From contig CAYUYR010000010.1 of assembly GCA_964449435.1 (NCBI GenBank), forward strand, positions 3,064-67,063: a stretch of DNA of 64,000 nucleotides, in the 5' to 3' direction. The DNA comes from an uncultured Planctomycetaceae bacterium. Lineage in GTDB: Bacteria > Planctomycetota > Phycisphaerae > Sedimentisphaerales > UBA12454. Position numbers and translations under genes: made by a program. Of this stretch, positions 25,501-34,145 are shown in pieces. How positions within the stretch are numbered: the stretch's first letter is position 1; each line of letters starts with the position of its first letter. The notes under the pieces are model-generated. The model did not search any database. It was not told the DNA's origin and saw nothing but the letters and a program-made list of their open reading frames with translations.

Positions 25501-26078
25501 AAAAGCTGCAATTTTTCGATGATATAATCGATAATTTCGTTATCCGCATTAGTGTCAAAAACCGTTTTTGTCCAGATATTTCCAATCAATATGCTGACGA
25601 CCAAATCGGTCTGCTGCTGGGCGGAAAACTTATTGCCTATCAGTTTTAAATCCCTGCACTGGATTATCAATTGATGATATTGGTCTATGTACCATTGCCA
25701 GAAGCCGTCTAATTTTTGTTTTATCGGGGATTTTAAAAGATGCCCCTGTGTGCTGATATGCAGCAGGAGTTTGCAATTGACCCACTGGCCTGAGCAGTTT
25801 AATTCGAGGATTTTTCCGATTACGCTTTTCAGCTTTTCGAGAGGGTCTATGTCTTTCGGCAGGGACTCGAATATATTTTGATAATCCTTTTGTATATCGT
25901 CTATTATTTCGGTACAGATAGTCTCTTTACTTTTGAAGTAATGATAAAACGCTCCTTTTGTTATCCCTACCGCCGTGATTATATCGTCGATGGTCGCCTC
26001 GCTGTAGCCGTGGGTGCTGAACAGGTTTTTAGCCGCGGCGATAATTTTCTGCCTCGTAGTTATTTTTTCAGCAGTCAT
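25497..26078 (-). CDS. TetR/AcrR family transcriptional regulator
   Basis: 193 aa with the N-terminal HTH TIDDIITAVGITKGAFYHYFKSKE. Confidence 0.9.
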   Translation of the reverse strand: MTAEKITTRQKIIAAAKNLFSTHGYSEATIDDIITAVGITKGAFYHYFKSKETICTEIIDDIQKDYQNIFESLPKDIDPLEKLKSVIGKILELNCSGQWVNCKLLLHISTQGHLLKSPIKQKLDGFWQWYIDQYHQLIIQCRDLKLIGNKFSAQQQTDLVVSILIGNIWTKTVFDTNADNEIIDYIIEKLQLF

Positions 26079-27124
26079 TTCGGCAAATCCTGCAGAGAAT
26101 GCTTGATAGCTTCTAAAAGCGTGTCTTTGTTTTCATCAATCCAGGAGCATTTTCGCTGAATCATTTTGAGGAAGTCGCCGCCGGAGAGATTTATAAAAAA
26201 ACCTGTTGCCGCTATCGGCAGAACCGCTTCGGCTATAAGAGTTTCAATCATCAAATCCGGCAGGGTTTCGAGCAGCTTTTCTTCGGGCATATTTACTTCG
26301 CAGTAGCCGCAGATAAAGTGGGCCAGTTTTGACTGGTCGAGATAATCAGGCCAATCGGCGGGGTTGGGTCTTCCGCCTACGATTGAAAACTGCAAAGCGC
26401 CATTGGCGATGTCCGTTATGGCCGGTGCGATTTTGAGCGAATCGTAATCGAGAACGGCGACGATTTTCCCGCCGCTAAAGAGCATATTGCCGGGATGCCA
26501 GTCGCCGTGAATAATCTGGCCGGGCCAGTTGTCGAAGCCGTATTGGTTTATGTTTACACTCGAATTATTGTACATTGTCATCAGCAATTCCACAGTTTTG
26601 CGGAAGTTCTGTTCGGTTTCGCCGTTTTTCTCGGCGCTGATTTTTTTCAAGTGGCTTCTTACCGAACGGCAGTTGTGAAAGCTGCCTTTAAGCGGTACGG
26701 ACTGATACGAAAAATTTTGCAAAAGGCTGTGGAATTTCGCCAGCTTGGCGCCGGCGTCTGCAACGGATTCTATTCTGCCCTCAAAACGTGTTCCGTTTGT
26801 AAACTCGAAAAGCTCGTAAATATGACCTTCGAGTTCGAGAAAAGTGTTTTTTTCGTCCTTGGCGGGGATAAGACGCGGAACCGGAAAATTTTTATCCTTA
26901 AGATGGTTCTGTACTGCGTGGGCGAATGCGACACGGTAGTGGTCGTCTTTGCCTTTTGCGCGTCTTTTGAGCAGATATTTGCCGGTGTCGGAAACGACAA
27001 TCTGTTTCGGCGCACGCCTGTTGCCCGATATGAGCGGCTTTATGTGCTGAATAATGCCTATATCGTAATGGCTCAGGACAAGAGCAAGCTCCTGCGATGT
27101 AAAATGTGCGCCTCCTTTTGACAT
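26075..27124 (-). CDS. APH/ChoK-fold phosphotransferase (homoserine-kinase-type-II-like)
   Basis: Catalytic loop IIHGDWHPGNMLF and VLDYDS. I prefer ATG 27124 (MSKGGAHF, GGAG 7 nt upstream) over the track start at 27166. It overlaps the TetR gene by 4 nt. Confidence 0.82.
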   Translation of the reverse strand: MSKGGAHFTSQELALVLSHYDIGIIQHIKPLISGNRRAPKQIVVSDTGKYLLKRRAKGKDDHYRVAFAHAVQNHLKDKNFPVPRLIPAKDEKNTFLELEGHIYELFEFTNGTRFEGRIESVADAGAKLAKFHSLLQNFSYQSVPLKGSFHNCRSVRSHLKKISAEKNGETEQNFRKTVELLMTMYNNSSVNINQYGFDNWPGQIIHGDWHPGNMLFSGGKIVAVLDYDSLKIAPAITDIANGALQFSIVGGRPNPADWPDYLDQSKLAHFICGYCEVNMPEEKLLETLPDLMIETLIAEAVLPIAATGFFINLSGGDFLKMIQRKCSWIDENKDTLLEAIKHSLQDLPK

Positions 27125-27206
27125 AATAACTCCGCAAAAGACCAAAAACAGTAATATAATGGGCAAAAAAGGCTAATTAGTCAATGCAAAATACGCCAAA
27201 GGAAGG

Positions 27207-28445
27207 TTATTTTGAGGCGAAAAGAAAGACAACCAGCAGCACAAGAACCGCTATTACCGAGCTGAGAATAACGACCAGCACTTTGTATCTGCTTATCAGT
27301 GCCTCATCGTGGTAAACGTTTACCTGCGTATCGATGAATTGGCCGTCCTGAAGGTCCTGCAGGTCGTCGAGATTGAATTTTCTTCTTGCCCTTAAAGGCG
27401 GCTCTCCCCTGCGAACAGCGTTAAGGTCGGCCAGAAGTTCTTCAGCGGATGAATACCTGTCTTCCTTCTTTTTTGCCATCATCATTTCGATGACTTCCGA
27501 TATTCCCGCCGAGAGCGATGTGTTGATATGGTCCGGCGGGATGAGCGGCTCTCTTAAATGTTTTTTCATTACTTCCGAAGGAGTCGCTGCTTCGAAAGGA
27601 ACTCTTCCGGTAACCATATTGTAAAAAGTGGCTCCGAGTGAATAAATATCGCCTCGGGCATCGAGGTCCATTTCGCCCCTGATTTGTTCGGGAGAAATAT
27701 AGTAAGGCGTGCCGAAGGCCTTTCCGGCTTCGCTCTTGGCCATCTCTATATCGGATGCGTCACGGGCAAGACCGAGGTCTGCCAGCTTTACGATGCCGGC
27801 GGGGTTAATCATTATGTTCTTCGGCTTAACATCTCTGTGAATCAGTCCTCGTGCGTGGGCGTGGGCAAGGGCGTTGGCGACCTGTGTAATGACATCTATC
27901 GCTTCCTGTTCGGAAAAGATTTTGCCTTTGGAAATATCCTCATAAAGAGTTTTGCCCTCGACATATTCCATCACGAAGTAATGATAGCCTCCCGCTTCGC
28001 CTACGTCGTAAGCCCCCACGATATTATTATGATTTAATTTGGCCGCCGCTTTACCTTCCTTATAGAACCTTTTGACATAATCCTGATTTTCGCTGAATCT
28101 GCGGGGCAGAATCTTTATCGCTACGATACGGTCAAGACTGAGCTGCCTTGCCTTATAAACGATAGCCATCGCGCCGGCGCCGAGTTTGCCGAGGATTTTA
28201 TAGCCGGGGATTTGCTCGGCGACGTCTTTGGTCGCCCTCGTACTTTCCTTGCTGACCTGTTTTAGCCTTTTCGCCTGACTGGGGGTAATAAAACGGTTTG
28301 ATATCAAGAGCTGTTCGAGTGTAACCGGTTCGTCCTTGGGACGTTCCTTGACTTGTTTTTTGCAATATGCCAGTTCCTCTTCGGTGCAATATCCCTGGTC
28401 GAGAACCACCTTGCCAAAAATCGAATCGTAATTCGTTTCGCTCAT
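27207..28445 (-). CDS. Ser/Thr protein kinase with a C-terminal membrane anchor
   Basis: 412 aa with Hanks motifs GAGAMAIVYKA...VAIK, HRDVKPKNIMI, DLGLA and SPEQ. The C-terminal TM helix is VLVVILSSVIAVLVLLVVFLF. Confidence 0.93.
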   Translation of the reverse strand: MSETNYDSIFGKVVLDQGYCTEEELAYCKKQVKERPKDEPVTLEQLLISNRFITPSQAKRLKQVSKESTRATKDVAEQIPGYKILGKLGAGAMAIVYKARQLSLDRIVAIKILPRRFSENQDYVKRFYKEGKAAAKLNHNNIVGAYDVGEAGGYHYFVMEYVEGKTLYEDISKGKIFSEQEAIDVITQVANALAHAHARGLIHRDVKPKNIMINPAGIVKLADLGLARDASDIEMAKSEAGKAFGTPYYISPEQIRGEMDLDARGDIYSLGATFYNMVTGRVPFEAATPSEVMKKHLREPLIPPDHINTSLSAGISEVIEMMMAKKKEDRYSSAEELLADLNAVRRGEPPLRARRKFNLDDLQDLQDGQFIDTQVNVYHDEALISRYKVLVVILSSVIAVLVLLVVFLFASK

Positions 28446-28462
28446 TACACTTCCATTTGCTC

Positions 28463-29479
28463 TTATGTATAGCAGTCTTCTGGACCAATTATCTTAAGAC
28501 ATTGGCCTTTGTCAAAGAAAAATTGTCGTAAATCCGTACATAAATGGCACTTACCAGAATATAATCGGCTTTTTTCGTATCCTTGTTTAGAGGTTTTTTC
28601 GAGCAGGCCGACAGGTCCCTTCTTAAATAATACGCTCAAAACCTCTTCTTTGGCTGGGTCAAAATCAAGCCATACCTGCTCCAGAGGCTTTTCATTGATA
28701 TTTCCGATGATTATTCCACTGCAGGTCCCGCTGAAAATATTGCCGTACGGGTCGATATGAACGCCCTTGGCGCCAAGAAAGGAGTTTTTGCAGTTTTTTG
28801 AAGCGATTTCTTTAACTTCTTTATTTGCCGATACTTGCGCAAGTTTTCCTGCCGCCTGTCCGGTAAATCGGCAGGGGTGTTCTTTTATGGAATTTATAAA
28901 AAGTTCGGTTTTTTCTTCTTCGCAAAGGTCTTTGACCGACAGGTCTTTTTGGAGGTATTCCTGCCATCGGACAAGCACCCTTTCTGAGCCGAGGATTTGG
29001 CAGGCGGTTTCCGCCAGCAGTTTAACCTTGCCGTACTCGACAAATTCAGCGTGGAAGGGGTCATAGCTTATCTTCAGTTTTTTGACGTTATGAGCATCAA
29101 GAAATTTGAGTTTGTCGATAATGTCGGATTTGTTGTCCGCCCACGAGCCGTTGGTTTCCACCATATCGACAGTGCCGAGGTTGAGATTTGCGGCTGTTTC
29201 GAGCAGTTCGGCAAGGTGCGGCCAGTATAAAAACGGTTCGCCGCCGGTGATGTGTATTTTGGCAGATTCGCCTGCGATAGCTTTTAAGCCCTTCCAGGCG
29301 GCAATGGTGTTTTCGATACTTATAAGGCCCGCCTTTTGAGGGTTGCATTTATAATAGCAAAAGCTGCAGGCGGCGGAGCATTTATAGGTTAGCAATAGTC
29401 CCATCGATGTCCAGAGTTTGAATTTGGGCATTTCGGGGCTCAAAGACCGGTTGTACGTATTGTCATTAAGGTCAAACAT
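28463..29479 (-). CDS. Radical SAM protein with a C-terminal auxiliary-cluster (SPASM/twitch-like) region
   Basis: 338 aa with CSAACSFCYYKC (CxxxCxxC) and GGEPF. The C-terminus has VHIDPYGNIFSGTC and GKCHLC, resembling partial SPASM/twitch motifs. It ends 17 nt upstream of the kinase gene. Confidence 0.8.
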   Translation of the reverse strand: MFDLNDNTYNRSLSPEMPKFKLWTSMGLLLTYKCSAACSFCYYKCNPQKAGLISIENTIAAWKGLKAIAGESAKIHITGGEPFLYWPHLAELLETAANLNLGTVDMVETNGSWADNKSDIIDKLKFLDAHNVKKLKISYDPFHAEFVEYGKVKLLAETACQILGSERVLVRWQEYLQKDLSVKDLCEEEKTELFINSIKEHPCRFTGQAAGKLAQVSANKEVKEIASKNCKNSFLGAKGVHIDPYGNIFSGTCSGIIIGNINEKPLEQVWLDFDPAKEEVLSVLFKKGPVGLLEKTSKQGYEKSRLYSGKCHLCTDLRQFFFDKGQCLKIIGPEDCYT

Positions 29480-29800
29480 AAAACACTTGCGACAAATACA
29501 AGTCCCGGTGTCGATAGGGCGGATGAAAATAAAGTGAAATATAAAATAATTGCAAAAATTTTTATGAAGCCCTGCTGCCCGCCGACGCCGTTTTTATAGG
29601 ACACGTATAAATGATACGAACCTTACTGAAAAGTGCAACTATATAATGTAAAAATGTTATTAACCTGCCGATATATAGTATCCCGTGTTATAGGGCGTTA
29701 AAAACCGCCATTTTGGGGCTTAAAGAAAAATCACTGGTTGTTCCGATATCTTAAATAGCAGAAAAATGGTATGGCATTTATGGTTTTTGGAGAAGAAAAA

Positions 29801-29953
29801 ATGAGTAAGCGGGAAGTAATCGACTTTATCTGTCAAATCAACAAGAGCGCAAAACCTGAATTTCTTGCTCGTTTTTCGATTTCCGATTTAAGCAGCTATC
29901 TCGATAAACTGATGGAAATTGACACGCGGGAACTGCAGCTTGTAGAAACCTAA
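29801..29953 (+). CDS. Hypothetical small protein (50 aa)
   Basis: MSKREVIDFICQINKSAKPEFLARFSISDLSSYLDKLMEIDTRELQLVET, with GGAG 8 nt upstream of ATG 29801. The track ORF starts at 29771. I recognise no family. Confidence 0.35.
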   Translation: MSKREVIDFICQINKSAKPEFLARFSISDLSSYLDKLMEIDTRELQLVET

Positions 29954-30019
29954 AATCATCGACAAAAAGCCGATTTTCTCTCTTCTAATTCAAGTCTTGT
30001 GCCTGAATCCACGCAAAGT

Positions 30020-31093
30020 TTATAACGAAGCGGGTATTTTGTCTCCGCTGACCAGCTTTCCAATTTGAGCGGCAGAATTCAGTTTAAATTGTACCATTAC
30101 CGGAACGCTATCGGCGGAAATGTAAAATACAAAGTCATACCATTTTTTGCCGCTGGAGAAATCTTTTCCGGTAAGCTTAATCTCGTTGGCAATATTTTGA
30201 ATTTCGACAACATTTCCTTTCCTGATAAAACCGATAGGAAACGATAACTCAGCGCTGCCTGTAAGGTCGTTTGCAGATACGCTGGTTTTGCAGGACAGCC
30301 TTATTTGGGATGTTGTAAATGACAGCGTTCCGTCTTTCGGCATTGTTCCGCCATCTTTTATGCCTTTGCCGCTTATTCCGGTTCGGACAATGACAATCTT
30401 CTTACCCGAAGGAGGATTCAACGGCTGATTATCAGAGGCGGATATGAGTTCGGCAGCTCCAAGCCATGCCGCCTTGACCTCGACAGCCTGATTTCCTGTG
30501 ATAATCGCGTTATTTCCTATACGATTCAGGTGTATTGCATTAAGAAAATCGGGATGAAATACCGCAAGGCTCTTTTTGCCGCTCATTGAACCGCGGCTGA
30601 ACCACGAAGCCAATCCTGCGGTAAAGCCGTCGGCATTTAAAATCAGTCCTTTATCGGGTTGGGTCGGACGAAGATTCTTATTTTGCGGATTGAAGCGCTC
30701 GTAAGGCCATTTTGTTCCTATCGGCATTAGGGCGGCGGCTATTAAAACGGCTCCCGCAATGACAAGCCCTGTAAATATAGCGATAAAAGATCTGACGGCC
30801 ATATCCGGGAAATCGCCGAAATGCACATTTTCCGGCGCCAGTTTTTCTGCCAGGATGTTTAGCAATAAGAAAACGAGAATAAAAATAATTATAAAAGTGC
30901 CGCCGAATACCCATTCGCCGCCGTAGCCGTAACCGAGTATCATTCGTCCTGCCGTTTCAAAAAATGCCAGGGCGACGGTCGAAGAAATGAGCGCGTTCAT
31001 CAAAAGCAAAAATGATTTTATTGTCGAGCCTTTGACATAAATAAAGCCGACGGTTGCCAGTATTACCACTAATACGATAAGTTCTGCGAGCAT
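30020..31093 (-). CDS. Membrane protein: CvpA-like 4-TM N-terminus plus a beta-rich extracytoplasmic domain
   Basis: 357 aa with four hydrophobic helices in the first roughly 130 aa and a soluble C-terminal half. It starts 13 nt after the upstream GspE-like gene. Confidence 0.7.
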   Translation of the reverse strand: MLAELIVLVVILATVGFIYVKGSTIKSFLLLMNALISSTVALAFFETAGRMILGYGYGGEWVFGGTFIIIFILVFLLLNILAEKLAPENVHFGDFPDMAVRSFIAIFTGLVIAGAVLIAAALMPIGTKWPYERFNPQNKNLRPTQPDKGLILNADGFTAGLASWFSRGSMSGKKSLAVFHPDFLNAIHLNRIGNNAIITGNQAVEVKAAWLGAAELISASDNQPLNPPSGKKIVIVRTGISGKGIKDGGTMPKDGTLSFTTSQIRLSCKTSVSANDLTGSAELSFPIGFIRKGNVVEIQNIANEIKLTGKDFSSGKKWYDFVFYISADSVPVMVQFKLNSAAQIGKLVSGDKIPASL

Positions 31094-31106
31094 TTTTTAT
31101 CAGCCT

Positions 31107-32765
31107 TTAACTTTTTGCCTGTGTTTTTTTAGCGCCTTCACGAGACGCCGAGAGGGTCTGGATGACTTCGTTCACGGAAGTAATCCCATCGGCGACTTTT
31201 CTTATAGCCTGTTCCTGCAGATAAAGCATTCTTGCCCGTCTGAAGATACCTGCGATATCGTTCATGCTTTTCGCCTGTTTTAGAAGCTGCTTTATCTGGT
31301 CGTCGAATATAATTGTTTCGAATACAGCCGTTCTGCCGTAAAAACCCGTACCTTGACAATGCGGACAAAGAACGGGTTTGCCCCGCTTGTAGTGGGGCTC
31401 TCCGGGTTTGTAAAACGCGGTAATTTTATCTGCAGGGATATTATGTTTACGGAGCAGTTCTTTGTTGGGCTCATAAGGCTGACGGCACTGTGCACATAGT
31501 TTTCTTACTAATCTTTGATTGCTTATGCCCATAACGCAATCGATAGCCGCATTTCTGTCTGCGACGAAGTTTATCCATTTGCTAATCGCTTCTACAGTAC
31601 TTGTTGCCTCGAAAGCGGTGTAAACCATTTTGCCGTCTCTTGCGGCGGCGCAGGCAAGTTTTGCGACATTTTTTTCTTCACAATGCTCGACGCCCACAAT
31701 ATCCGGGCCGACTCGCAGTATCGACTGAAATTTTTTGGAGTAGGTTGTCGTCCCCGTGTCGCTGAGCGAAAAGACGTTTTGCGTTATATTCGGCACCTCT
31801 CCGGCCGGGCGTTTTTCAAGGGTGTTGATATTATTCAAAAACGGGTCGTGATTTCGAATAAGTGCATAAAACGTAGTGGTCACGCCGCTTTTTTTGGGGC
31901 CTGTTACAAGGAATACTCCGGTTGGGCCTTTGGCGACCGCTTTGAGTTTTTCAAGCTGGTCCGGCATTAGTCCCAAATCCGGCAGCATCTTAAAGCTATA
32001 TTCGGCCATAGATTTAAGTTTTACCTGTTCGCCGGCGGTTGTTCCTGCCGTCGTTACTTCCCAGACGAAGGTATTGCCGTCTTTTTGTACCGTGAATTTG
32101 CCCGCTTGTGGTTTGCGGTGCTCTTCGATGTCGAGGTCGGCAAGATTTTTCAGGTAATGAATAAAGTACTCAATTTCCTCCCTGCCTCTGGACGGTTGTT
32201 TTGTTATAACGCCGTCGATTACATATTGAACGCCGTACTGCTGGTCGGCAGGCGTAAGCAGGACGTATTCCGCTCGTCGCCATATAGCATCATCGAAAAA
32301 TTCCTGTGAAGTTTTATAGCCGAAAAATTCAGGGGTTTGGGTGTCCGGTACAGGAGCCTTGTTTTTGTTGGCAGTGATAAAGACAAGACCTTTTGTGATT
32401 TTTTCGACCTGTTTCTGCTCATTCACAAAGAGACTTTTAATATGACCTGCCGTAAGTATTTTATGATATACGTCAACGATGCTGTTTCTGTGTATGATAT
32501 ATACTATTGCGGTTGTGCCCACGGCGATTATGTACATCAGCAGGCCTATTATGAAAAGCGGTATGATAAGCCAGATAAGCAGACCTGCCGCACCTGCCGC
32601 AAAGACAGTAATGGTCCATTTTTGCACCATCGTTCTGACTTTAACTGCGTCCTTATTTACCCATTTCAGCAGGGGCAGCCAGGCGAGAAATCCCAATGCA
32701 AAAACGGCCAGTTTGACAGGTGAGACATAAAAGCCCATCTCAATCGTCGCTGTAATTGTCGGCAT
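31107..32765 (-). CDS. Membrane-anchored GspE/PilB-family protein with degenerate ATPase motifs (predicted pseudo-ATPase)
   Basis: 552 aa with three N-terminal TM helices. Its GspE-like core carries these substitutions:
- Walker A GPKKSGVT instead of GPTGSGKT (Lys to Val).
- Asp box EKRPA instead of EDPVE.
- His box DGKMVYTAFEAT instead of TGHLVxSTLHTN.
The tetracysteine CAQC...CPHC and GRTAVFE are retained. Confidence 0.8.
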   Translation of the reverse strand: MPTITATIEMGFYVSPVKLAVFALGFLAWLPLLKWVNKDAVKVRTMVQKWTITVFAAGAAGLLIWLIIPLFIIGLLMYIIAVGTTAIVYIIHRNSIVDVYHKILTAGHIKSLFVNEQKQVEKITKGLVFITANKNKAPVPDTQTPEFFGYKTSQEFFDDAIWRRAEYVLLTPADQQYGVQYVIDGVITKQPSRGREEIEYFIHYLKNLADLDIEEHRKPQAGKFTVQKDGNTFVWEVTTAGTTAGEQVKLKSMAEYSFKMLPDLGLMPDQLEKLKAVAKGPTGVFLVTGPKKSGVTTTFYALIRNHDPFLNNINTLEKRPAGEVPNITQNVFSLSDTGTTTYSKKFQSILRVGPDIVGVEHCEEKNVAKLACAAARDGKMVYTAFEATSTVEAISKWINFVADRNAAIDCVMGISNQRLVRKLCAQCRQPYEPNKELLRKHNIPADKITAFYKPGEPHYKRGKPVLCPHCQGTGFYGRTAVFETIIFDDQIKQLLKQAKSMNDIAGIFRRARMLYLQEQAIRKVADGITSVNEVIQTLSASREGAKKTQAKS

Positions 32766-32797
32766 CAGTTACTCCGGTATTTTCCTTAAATATTATT

Positions 32798-33925
32798 CTA
32801 ACCCCTTGACCTTATTCCCTTAAGGGCCATTTTTAGTTCTTCAACATTAGGAGCATACTGCAAAGCGGTCTTGAGGTCAATCCAATCGCCCTCGACAAGA
32901 CCGCGCAAGCTTTCGATAAAGTCGAGCATTCCGTCGCTTTCACCTGTTTTTATGATGCTGATGACCTCGGTTTCATGGCCGTCCGCTATGAGATTTCTGA
33001 CGACAGGCGTGGCAATCATGATTTCAACGGCCGGGATTCTTGGTGTCGTCTTTTTCAAGCCTGCTAAGAGCATCTGGCTTATGACGGCTCTGAGTACATT
33101 GGCAAGTGTCTGCCTGGCGAGGTCTCTTTCTTCCGGCGGAAACAAGTCAACAAGTCTCTGTATAGCCTGTATTCCATTTGCGGCGTTGACGGTTCCGAAT
33201 ACGAGTTTGCCGGTTTCGGCGGCCCTTATCGCAGCCGTAATGGTTTCCTTTTCTTGCAGCTCGCCGATTAGGACCACGTCGGGGTCCTGCCTTTTCAATG
33301 ACTTAAGAGCATCTTCATAATCTCTGACATCAAGGCCGATTTCCCGCTGCGAAACAATCGCTTTTTGGTCTACATAAATAAACTCAAGCGGGTCTTCTAT
33401 AGTGATTATATGGCAGGGACGGGTACTATTGATGTGATTAATCATCGAGGCTATTGTTGTGCTTTTTCCGCATCCGCCCGGACCGCCGACAAGGATGAGT
33501 CCCTCGTGTGATTTGTCGGCAATAGTTCTAATCGCAGGAGGCAGATGGAGCGATTCAAAAGGAGGAATCGCCGATACAATTCTTCTCGCTGAAAGACTGA
33601 TTTTGGACCGCTGTCTGAAGACGTTAACTCTGAATCTGTCGGCCTGGCCGACTTCGTAGGCGAAGTCGAGCGAACCGTTTTCGAGCAGAAACTGCTTTTG
33701 TTTTTCGCTTAGAATCTGAAAAACGAGCTTTTCGATTTTTTCTTCGGTCATTACTTCGGCGGTGGTGTCTTTTATGTCCTTGTTTACCCGTAGTTTAAGA
33801 GAATGACCGACTTTCAAATGCAAGTCGCTGGCCTGTGCCTTTATGGCGGCCTTGAAATACCTGTTAATCTCCGGCTCTACTTCTAAATGTATCTGGGTGC
33901 CAATCGGTTGTGTTTTCTCAGACAT
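32798..33925 (-). CDS. pilT: PilT-family secretion ATPase (variant His box)
   Basis: Motifs: ASDLHL, Walker A GGPGGCGKSTT, Asp box IITIEDPLEF, Walker B DPDVVLIGELQEKE, TPVVRNLI. The His box reads TGKLVFGTVNAAN, so both canonical His residues are absent. I moved the start to ATG 33925 (MSEKTQ, GGAG upstream). Confidence 0.85.
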   Translation of the reverse strand: MSEKTQPIGTQIHLEVEPEINRYFKAAIKAQASDLHLKVGHSLKLRVNKDIKDTTAEVMTEEKIEKLVFQILSEKQKQFLLENGSLDFAYEVGQADRFRVNVFRQRSKISLSARRIVSAIPPFESLHLPPAIRTIADKSHEGLILVGGPGGCGKSTTIASMINHINSTRPCHIITIEDPLEFIYVDQKAIVSQREIGLDVRDYEDALKSLKRQDPDVVLIGELQEKETITAAIRAAETGKLVFGTVNAANGIQAIQRLVDLFPPEERDLARQTLANVLRAVISQMLLAGLKKTTPRIPAVEIMIATPVVRNLIADGHETEVISIIKTGESDGMLDFIESLRGLVEGDWIDLKTALQYAPNVEELKMALKGIRSRG

Positions 33926-34093
33926 TGTACACTCCAACTTATAACCATTTGCCAAATAAATGGTTATGATATCTACTAACTGCGGTCTAAGGCCCGCCGC
34001 ACAGGCTCAGGCTGATTTGAACGCTGTATTGTACAATGAATATAAGTTATTGTCAATAAGGAGGCAAGGAAATATGGGCATAAGGATAGTTTG

Positions 34094-34122
34094 TTGACGT
34101 TGGCGGCGCATTATCCTATAAT
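34094..34122 (+). promoter_or_regulatory. Near-consensus sigma-70 promoter for hisS
   Basis: TTGACG (34094-34099), 17-nt spacer, TATAAT (34117-34122), 23 nt before the hisS ATG. AGGTG serves as the RBS. Confidence 0.65.
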
Positions 34123-34145
34123 TCGGTTGTTTTTCAGGTGTTATT

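Noticed and set aside
26495-27121. 208-aa plus-strand ORF
   Set aside because: It is antisense to the APH-fold kinase gene, which has the catalytic HGDxHxxN motif. It has no motif or RBS of its own.
33956-34145. T-box or attenuator leader for hisS
   Set aside because: The near-consensus promoter leaves only about 17 nt of leader before the ATG, which is too short for a T-box. The 10-bp inverted repeat at 33942-33968 overlaps the mis-called pilT 5' extension instead.
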